Position numbers and translations under genes: made by a program
In this document: one piece after another, positions 35,271 to 42,134 of the stretch
Numbering within the stretch: position 1 is the first letter of the stretch
Layout: each line of letters starts with the position of its first letter
Notes under the pieces: model-generated
The model's database searches: none
What the model saw: only the letters and a program-made list of their open reading frames with translations
What the model was told of the DNA's origin: nothing
NCBI GenBank assembly: GCA_964549935.1
Contig: CAZJVT010000003.1
Coordinates: 159,501-223,500 of the forward strand
Length of the DNA: 64,000 nucleotides
From: an uncultured Candidatus Saccharibacteria bacterium
Lineage (GTDB): Bacteria > Patescibacteriota > Minisyncoccia > UBA6257 > 1-14-0-10-44-23
Direction of reading: 5' to 3'

Positions 35271-37541
35271 ATGTTCAGCTTCATCAAGACCGGCTTCGGG
35301 ACCCGAGAAAGCCAGCGGGGTTTCGCCGCCGCGACCGTCCTGAGCGGGATCCTCCTCGCCGGCCTCGCCGCCGGCGTCATGTATTCGGGCTGGTCGTCGA
35401 CTCAGCGCACCACCGCCTCCCTGACCAAGTCGTCCAACAACGACTCGCTGATGTCGCAGGTCCGGGCGGCGATCATCTCGGAGCACGCCGATCTCGACGG
35501 CGACGGCACGCCGGAAGGTCCGGCGCCGCTGACCGGGGTCACGCCCATCCCGACTGGCGGCGGGCAGATCCCGGCGAGCTCGAAGGCGCCGAAGACCGAT
35601 GGCTGGGGCACCGCCTTCGGCTATTGCGCCTTCAAGAACGGCTCCGGCGCCGATCGCGCCGGATACATCCGGAACACGGCGACCTCGACCGGCGGCGAGA
35701 TCAGCTTCGCGATCATCTCCGCCGGCTCCGACAAGACGATCCAGACCACCTGCGCGCAGGCACTGACCCAGTCGGCGCAGGGCGACGACAAGCTCGCCAC
35801 ATACTCGCTCGCCGACGTGACGCTGTCTGGCGTCACCTTCAGCGGGGCCGGCTCGGGCACCAACTCCACCGACGTCCAGAACAAGCAGGTCGCCTGCGTC
35901 GCGAGCGGGAAGCTCTACGCAGGCGTCGGCGCGACCGGAGCGGATGCGAACGGCTGCATCGCGCCGGCCGGTTCCGGCGGCGGCATCGTCACCGACGCGC
36001 AGGGCCGCCTGGCGGTCTCCTGCACGCATATCTCGCAGCTCGTGACCAATCCGAGCGACGGCGAGTACATGCTCCTCGGCGTTCCGACCGACGGGTCGCT
36101 GCCGGCGATGTATCCGACGGAATGCGACTTCACCACCTGGGGTGGGAAGTGGACGATGGTCGCGAAGTACGACCCGACAGCGGCCTGCCCGGCCACGATG
36201 AAGGCTGGCGGCGTCTGCTCGGCGCCGTCGGACGGCATCGACCTGATGAACATGAGCCGGATCTCGAACGACATGACGTCGGTCCGGGCTCTCACGAACG
36301 CGCTTCGCTACCTGAAGCCGTTCAGCGAGATCATGATGAAGGACGCGAACGGGTCCTTCATCGTCTGGAACTGCGGCGGGAACCAGAGCCGGTCATGGTA
36401 CGAGCGCTACCTCGTCTATGGCGGAGCCGAGACCTGCTCGATCAGCAGCTCGACCTTCCATAATGGCGGGACCAAGTCGCTCAACACGCTGACGCCGAGG
36501 TTCCAGGTCAACCTGACCGGATTCCGGGAGCTGACTTCGACGCCGTTTTCCTGGTGGTCCTGTCCCGCCTACTCGAATTGCGACGGCGACTGGACCATCC
36601 GGACGACGGTGCAGCGCGACTATCCGGGATATTCGGGCAACTACTATTTCAATGCCGGCTATGTCTACATGCCGGCGCGCGGGACCAACGGCGTGGCCGA
36701 CTGGTACCTCAAGGTCTGCGATCTCTCGACGCTTGAGACGCGTGACGTCGTCTCGCCGATCGGCGGCACCTACGCGAATGGGTGCCAGGCGAGCTGGATC
36801 AGCACCTTCCGGGGACCGTGGAGCTTCACGTCCGGCCCGCGTCACGACTGGAGCTACGCCGTCGACTATCCCGGCGACGAAAACAACATCCTTCCCAGCC
36901 TGGCGCATCTCGCCACGCAGCCGCGGCCGAACCAGAACTGGGCACCGGACTATCAGCTCACGATTGTCTCGCCCGCGGCCATCAACGGCACCGGCTGGCA
37001 TCAGCGACTGAACTTTTCGGCACCGAATCCGTCCGACAGCAACAACGTCTGCAATTTCGGCTATGGCCAGTACGACGCCTACTGGGGCAACGGCGCCGCT
37101 GCCGCGGGAGTCTTCTTCCGACCTACCAGCTATCTCGTCTACGGCAACGGCACGCTCTCGAGCGTCCAGATGGGCTACGCCGGTCCGTGGCAGGATGCCT
37201 ATGCCTACTGGGAGTTCACCGGCGGCACCGGACAGAACTTCGCCATCCCCGGCTATGTCGACCTCAAGTATTCGATGATCAACGGCTCGGGCAACGGGCG
37301 GTCGATCTGTGCCGGTACCCGCAAGCTCTACTGGGGGTACCTGCATCAGGATGGCTACTGCGTCTTCCAGCAATACAAGGACTTCCATGCTTCCGGATAC
37401 TGGATGTGGCAGGACGGATGCCAGGCCCAGCAGGCTTTCAACAAGACCGAGACCGCGTTCAACGCGCTGCCGGGAAGCGTGCCCCTGGGGTTCGTGAAGT
37501 CCTTCATGCCGACGGACATCCGGAAGATCTATATCCGGTGA
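35271..37541 (+). CDS. Large pilus-tip adhesin-like pilin (PilV-like), ~756 aa
   Basis: GAGG RBS; SQRG|FAAATVLSGILLAGL signal; fibrinogen-like CDFTTWGGKWTMV motif; Cys/Trp/Tyr/Gly-rich C-terminus. Confidence 0.75.
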   Translation: MFSFIKTGFGTRESQRGFAAATVLSGILLAGLAAGVMYSGWSSTQRTTASLTKSSNNDSLMSQVRAAIISEHADLDGDGTPEGPAPLTGVTPIPTGGGQIPASSKAPKTDGWGTAFGYCAFKNGSGADRAGYIRNTATSTGGEISFAIISAGSDKTIQTTCAQALTQSAQGDDKLATYSLADVTLSGVTFSGAGSGTNSTDVQNKQVACVASGKLYAGVGATGADANGCIAPAGSGGGIVTDAQGRLAVSCTHISQLVTNPSDGEYMLLGVPTDGSLPAMYPTECDFTTWGGKWTMVAKYDPTAACPATMKAGGVCSAPSDGIDLMNMSRISNDMTSVRALTNALRYLKPFSEIMMKDANGSFIVWNCGGNQSRSWYERYLVYGGAETCSISSSTFHNGGTKSLNTLTPRFQVNLTGFRELTSTPFSWWSCPAYSNCDGDWTIRTTVQRDYPGYSGNYYFNAGYVYMPARGTNGVADWYLKVCDLSTLETRDVVSPIGGTYANGCQASWISTFRGPWSFTSGPRHDWSYAVDYPGDENNILPSLAHLATQPRPNQNWAPDYQLTIVSPAAINGTGWHQRLNFSAPNPSDSNNVCNFGYGQYDAYWGNGAAAAGVFFRPTSYLVYGNGTLSSVQMGYAGPWQDAYAYWEFTGGTGQNFAIPGYVDLKYSMINGSGNGRSICAGTRKLYWGYLHQDGYCVFQQYKDFHASGYWMWQDGCQAQQAFNKTETAFNALPGSVPLGFVKSFMPTDIRKIYIR

Positions 37542-37548
37542 CAGACCG

Positions 37549-37582
37549 GCCGGCCGGTTCCACCGCTCTTGAACCGGCCGGC
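37549..37582 (+). terminator. Strong hairpin ending the pilus operon
   Basis: GCCGGCCGGTTC-N10-GAACCGGCCGGC 12-bp stem; no U-tract. Confidence 0.55.
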
Positions 37583-37677
37583 TGACGTCGAAAAGGCTTG
37601 ACACCGTCGTTTCTTCCTTGCCCCGTGTAAAACTGTCCGCTATATGCTTTAGGCGACAGAATCATACGGAGCAGACG

Positions 37678-38451
37678 ATGACCACGCATCCCAGCACCCC
37701 GGAGGCTCAAGCCCAGGTGGCTCGGACCTGCGTCGTTCGCTTCTTCCAGACTTTGAAGCCCGAAAACGGACCGCTGAACGAGCTGCCGCCGGTCCTGGCT
37801 AAGCTTCGGACCGCCGCGTTGGCCGCTGGGCTCCTGGGCGCTCTCGGCGCCCATCCGGGTCCCGCGCATGCCGGCGATCCCGCCTCGCAGCTCCGGCTGA
37901 GGGTTGTCGCCGCTGCCGCGATGCAGGGTCTCGTCGCCGACCGGTCCGGACTTCTGCTCGATCTCGAGCTCGCCGAGGCGGCCGGGCGAGCTCAGGCGGC
38001 GCTCCTGGACAAGGGCCCGGGCTCCAGCTCCGGCTGGGCGTCCCGAGACCGCGCGATCGAGGCCAAGACCGGCTACGTGGCGTCGGCGCGGATGCCTGTC
38101 GTGACCTGGCGGAAGGAGTTTCGCGAGTCAGCCGTGCCGGACGCGCGACCGGGCGAGGAATGCGCGGTTCTGGTCACTGCATTCACCGGCTTCCCTGGCG
38201 GCAAGCCCGCCGACATCGCGACGCTGTTCTGCCGGGGGCGCGAAGGCTGGCGCCTGGTGGACATGGGCGACTGGGCGAGGGTCTACGAGTCCCTCCGGGA
38301 TGCGGGGGCCGAGATGCGGAATGCCGCTGCTTCGCCGGCGCCGGTCCATACCGGCGAAAGCGGGGAGCCCTGCCTGGAGACCTCCGAGGAGATCCAGGTC
38401 GGCGGCCGCACGGAGACCGCGTTCGGCATCGCCTGCCGCATGCCGTCGTAA
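37678..38451 (+). CDS. Exported protein related to 17-kDa surface antigen C-terminal domain
   Basis: GGAG RBS; signal-like helix ending AHA; C-terminal CLETSEEIQVGGRTETAFGIACR. Confidence 0.6.
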   Translation: MTTHPSTPEAQAQVARTCVVRFFQTLKPENGPLNELPPVLAKLRTAALAAGLLGALGAHPGPAHAGDPASQLRLRVVAAAAMQGLVADRSGLLLDLELAEAAGRAQAALLDKGPGSSSGWASRDRAIEAKTGYVASARMPVVTWRKEFRESAVPDARPGEECAVLVTAFTGFPGGKPADIATLFCRGREGWRLVDMGDWARVYESLRDAGAEMRNAAASPAPVHTGESGEPCLETSEEIQVGGRTETAFGIACRMPS

Positions 38452-38476
38452 CAGCGAAGTTCCTGGAAAATGCCTG

Positions 38477-38507
38477 AGGGCGGCGGATCGATCCGCCGCC
38501 CTTCTTC
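38477..38507 (+). terminator. Perfect 26-bp palindrome, terminator-like
   Basis: AGGGCGGCGGATCGATCCGCCGCCCT followed by TCTTC. Confidence 0.6.
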
Positions 38508-38602
38508 ATGCCGGCGCGCAGCCCCATGCAAGGGGCTTTGGCGCTTTCTTGGAACGCATGATAAACTGTATTCGCACTTATATTCACCAGGAGCCGTTCG
38601 TC

Positions 38603-38935
38603 ATGACCCTGCACAACGCCAACGCCCTGCCGATGAAAGGCACCTATCGCTCGGTGCCCCTGGCTCTCGGCTGCGCGCTCGCGATCAGCGCCGAGGCCGG
38701 CGCGGCCGTCCTGGGCTACGAGGACGAGCGGTTCAAGGATACGACCCGGGTCCTGCTCTATACCGCGAGCAACAAGATGGTGGCGCAGCTGAAATCGGGC
38801 CGCGCGATCGATCTGGGCGAGGTCGATGTCCAGACCGCGGAGGACATCAAGGGCCTTCGCACCCTCGTCATCTCCCGTCCAGGCGAGAACGCCGGCGAGC
38901 TCGACAGCCAGTTCGTCAGCATCCGACGCATCTAG
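38603..38935 (+). CDS. Hypothetical protein (110 aa)
   Basis: CAGGAG RBS, AT-rich promoter upstream. Confidence 0.65.
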   Translation: MTLHNANALPMKGTYRSVPLALGCALAISAEAGAAVLGYEDERFKDTTRVLLYTASNKMVAQLKSGRAIDLGEVDVQTAEDIKGLRTLVISRPGENAGELDSQFVSIRRI

Positions 38936-38966
38936 GCCGTTTCCCCAGGTCCAAAGGAGACCTCCG

Positions 38967-39641
38967 ATGAGCACCGCCAACGCCTTCGTCGCCAGCTTCT
39001 TCGCCGGACTCCGTGCCGAGCCCCTCAAGGCTGCCGACAGGGAGTCCGAGAGCCGCACGCCGATCCTCGATCGCCTGCGCGGCGTGGTCGCCGTGGCCAT
39101 CGTCGCCGCGGTCCTGGCACCGACCGGTGCCCAGGCCCAGTCCCTCGGCATCAATACCCCGACGATCATGGGCATCCTCGGCGCCGCCGGCGGCGCATGG
39201 GGCGGCAGCCAGATCGGCCGCGGCGCCGGCAAGACCGCGGCGATCGCCGTCGGCACGCTGCTCGGTAGCGGCCTCGGATGGGAGGCTGGGAAGTACCTGG
39301 ACTCCCAGGGCGAGGCGGCGAAGGTCGCCCTTTCCCAGGCTCAGCTCGGTCAGCGCGTCGCCTGGCAGGACCAGGGCGCGTCCGGCTACTTCATGCCGAT
39401 CCGCGAAGGCGTCTCGATGCAGACCGGGCTGCAGTGCCGCGAGTACCAGACCGAGATCGTCGTGGGCGGGCAGCGCCAGGCCGGCTACGGAACCGCCTGC
39501 CTGCAGCCGGACGGCCACTGGCAGATCGTTTCCTCGGGCCAGGCTCGCCAGGGCGCCCAGTACAATCCGGCGCCGGCCTACGGACAGCCGATGCCTACCT
39601 ATGCCGGCCAGACCGGAATGAGCTACGGCTCGCGCTACTAG
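38967..39641 (+). CDS. RT0821/Lpp0805-like 17-kDa surface antigen (glycine zipper)
   Basis: GILGAAGGAWGGSQIGRGAGKTAAIAVGTLLG zipper; CREYQTEIVVGGQRQAGYGTACLQPDGHWQI. Confidence 0.9.
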   Translation: MSTANAFVASFFAGLRAEPLKAADRESESRTPILDRLRGVVAVAIVAAVLAPTGAQAQSLGINTPTIMGILGAAGGAWGGSQIGRGAGKTAAIAVGTLLGSGLGWEAGKYLDSQGEAAKVALSQAQLGQRVAWQDQGASGYFMPIREGVSMQTGLQCREYQTEIVVGGQRQAGYGTACLQPDGHWQIVSSGQARQGAQYNPAPAYGQPMPTYAGQTGMSYGSRY

Positions 39642-39652
39642 GTCCTCGAGAG

Positions 39653-40360
39653 ATGACCGAAGCGGTACGCGATCGAACCTCCGCGAGCGACCGGGGAGCC
39701 GCAAGCGCCCTGGTCGCTTCCTTCTTCCGGCACCTGCGACCTGTTGACGATGCTCTCCCGCGGGTCCTGCGCCGGCTCCGCATCGCCGCTCTCGCGATCG
39801 GCCTGCTGTCGACCACGGCCTTCTCGACGTCATCCGTGGCGGATGCCGGGCCCGGCGACGGGCTCAGGCTCGCGACCGCGGCCGCCCTCCAGGCCGTCAC
39901 CGGCGAGCGGGACGGCATGACCTTCGACCTCGATGCCCTCGACGCAGCAAGCCGGGCGCATATGGCTCTCCTCGAAACGGTGTCGAGCGGCCGGACCGGT
40001 GCCGCAAGGGCCTGGACAGGCGACGACGGCCGGACCAGCGGCAAGACGCTGCTCGCGTCCGTGTCTCGTATCGGACAGGGCAAGAGCTTCGAGGACGGGA
40101 AGGACAGAAGCGGCGCGGAATGCGCGGCCTTGATATCGGCGGCCAGCTTCAGCGGCCGTGGCCCCATGGTCTCGGCGACACTCGTCTTTTGCAGGGCGTC
40201 GGGCGAAAGATGGGAGCTCGTGGATGCGGGCTCCAATGTCTCGACTCTTCAGGAGCTGCACAAGAAGCTCGCCGATGCTCTCGCGCGCCCGGACCTGCCG
40301 CGTGCGAGTGCCGAGGCGACCAGCCAGTCCGGCATGTCCGGCATCGGCAGCAGTCTCTGA
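39653..40360 (+). CDS. Exported protein, paralogue of 37678-38451
   Basis: Shared LRLATAAALQ/LRVVAAAAMQ, FDLD/LDLE, ECAAL/ECAVL, FCRASGERWELVD/FCRGREGWRLVD. Confidence 0.65.
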   Translation: MTEAVRDRTSASDRGAASALVASFFRHLRPVDDALPRVLRRLRIAALAIGLLSTTAFSTSSVADAGPGDGLRLATAAALQAVTGERDGMTFDLDALDAASRAHMALLETVSSGRTGAARAWTGDDGRTSGKTLLASVSRIGQGKSFEDGKDRSGAECAALISAASFSGRGPMVSATLVFCRASGERWELVDAGSNVSTLQELHKKLADALARPDLPRASAEATSQSGMSGIGSSL

Positions 40361-40402
40361 AATCGAAGTCGTAGCTTTCGGTCAGCCGCTTCGCCGCAAG
40401 CG

Positions 40403-42127
40403 TCAGCCGGCGAGGCCACCGGCCAACTCGGCATCGACGACGGGCGCCGACCCGGTGCTCTCGATCATGGCGAGCGTTCTCCTGCCGGCCGGATCCATCG
40501 CTGCCAGCAGATCCTCGGCCAGGTTCCTTGCCGTCGAATTCCGGAGATGATCGACCAGCGTCCTGCCCGCCGCGACGACGGCGCGATCGATGTCAGAAAT
40601 CGACAGCCGGTCCGCGTGCGGGACCCGAAGCATGGCAATCCTGGCGGCCGCCTCGAGATCCTCGGAATGGCGCCAGGACCGCTCGACGTCCAGAAGCTCC
40701 CTCGGCGACAGCGCGTGCCAGCTCCGGCCCTTCGCCGTGAGCCTCATGCTCTCGTCGACGAGACGGAGCTCGGCGAAGCGTTCCGCGTGGTCGACCCAGG
40801 TGCTCGGCGAACCCAGCCTCATCGGCGGGCCCTGGAGCCGTTCGAGGCAGGGGCCTCTGGTCAGGGCGACGAAGACCGACTCCTGGATATCGTAGCCACG
40901 GAACCCAGGAGCGATCGCGAGCTGGCTCTGAACCTGCGATCTCGTTCCAGCGGGCGTGACCTGGCGCTTCAGCGGGATCTCTCCCGATGAGCCGAGGGCC
41001 GCTGGCCAGGGAACCCGAATGACGGCGACCTCCTGGACATGAGCCGCGATCGCGTCATAGGCGAGGCGATAGACGATCGAATGGCATTTGCGGCGGAGAT
41101 CGGCGCCGATTTCAGGAATGAAAGGTGCCGGGGCGATCGGATGGAGGGCCTCATGGACCTGGAGGCGATCCATGGGAAGGAATGCGCCTCCCCGAAGCTG
41201 CATCATGTCGCAAAGCCGGTCGAAGGTGTCTTCCGCGAGCTGGCTCGACATCGTCCTTGGATAGGAGATGAGGCCGTCCTGATACAGCTCCTGAAGGGAA
41301 GCCATGATCGACGGATGCGGTGCGAACGTCTCTCGCTTGATCGCGTCGATCGCCGAATCCAGCGCCGGCATGGGCGAGGGGTTTGGAGATCTCTCTCCTT
41401 CCAACGGAGGCATTGCGCTGCCGTCGGCGATCGCCAGCAGCCTGGTCGCCCTGTCGCGGCCGGCAACGGGAATGGTGGCGGAAAAGTCAGGACCTCCGGA
41501 GGCAGATCTCCTCCGTATCGTCACCTCGCCTATCGGGAGCCTTTCGTCATGGGCGGCACCAAGCAAGGCGGTAAGGACCCGGCCGACGGCAATGCCGCGT
41601 CCCGTGCTCCTGTGACGGCTGGAATAGGTCGCCCCGAGGAGGCGGTCGTGCGCGCTCCTGGCAAACCCAGGTATGGCTGCGCCAGGATTGAAGATCTCGG
41701 CGACCTCTAGGGCTCGCCTGATGGACCGCGTATCGATCGAGGAGGGCCGGACCCGGTAGATCGGGCCCCGGAACCCCGATTGAAGCAAGGACCTGGCGGC
41801 GTCCGCGGCGATGACCTCTCCCTCGTCGTCAGCGTCCGTCATCAGCAGGACGGCATGACGATTGACCGCGGCCGATACGATCGCATCGAGCCGATCCTGC
41901 TTGCGCGGCGACCTCGCATGCTCGATGCCCTCGGCGTCGATGCCGACGAGCGACAGGTCGCGGGGACTCGCCATGAGATGGCCCATGGTCGCGACGATCC
42001 ACGGCAGCGTTCCGCCCCAGAGTTCGTTCGCGATTGTCCGGAAGGCGTTTCTCATGGCCTGGAGCTGCCCGAACGACTCGATGACCACGAGCGGAGAGAC
42101 CGGTCCCCGCAGATCGTGAAGCCTCAC
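40403..42127 (-). CDS. Divergent type IA DNA topoisomerase
   Basis: TOPRIM VVIES, ATMGHL, MTDADDEGE; VGRV; active site LYQDGLISYPRT; HEALHP; GSPST; no zinc ribbons. Confidence 0.82.
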   Translation of the reverse strand: MRLHDLRGPVSPLVVIESFGQLQAMRNAFRTIANELWGGTLPWIVATMGHLMASPRDLSLVGIDAEGIEHARSPRKQDRLDAIVSAAVNRHAVLLMTDADDEGEVIAADAARSLLQSGFRGPIYRVRPSSIDTRSIRRALEVAEIFNPGAAIPGFARSAHDRLLGATYSSRHRSTGRGIAVGRVLTALLGAAHDERLPIGEVTIRRRSASGGPDFSATIPVAGRDRATRLLAIADGSAMPPLEGERSPNPSPMPALDSAIDAIKRETFAPHPSIMASLQELYQDGLISYPRTMSSQLAEDTFDRLCDMMQLRGGAFLPMDRLQVHEALHPIAPAPFIPEIGADLRRKCHSIVYRLAYDAIAAHVQEVAVIRVPWPAALGSSGEIPLKRQVTPAGTRSQVQSQLAIAPGFRGYDIQESVFVALTRGPCLERLQGPPMRLGSPSTWVDHAERFAELRLVDESMRLTAKGRSWHALSPRELLDVERSWRHSEDLEAAARIAMLRVPHADRLSISDIDRAVVAAGRTLVDHLRNSTARNLAEDLLAAMDPAGRRTLAMIESTGSAPVVDAELAGGLAG

Positions 42128-42134
42128 GCGCCCC

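Noticed and set aside
35271-40400. Shufflon or diversity-generating retroelement acting on the adhesin
   Set aside because: No sfx-like repeats, inverted cassettes, adjacent Rci recombinase, reverse transcriptase or template repeat seen
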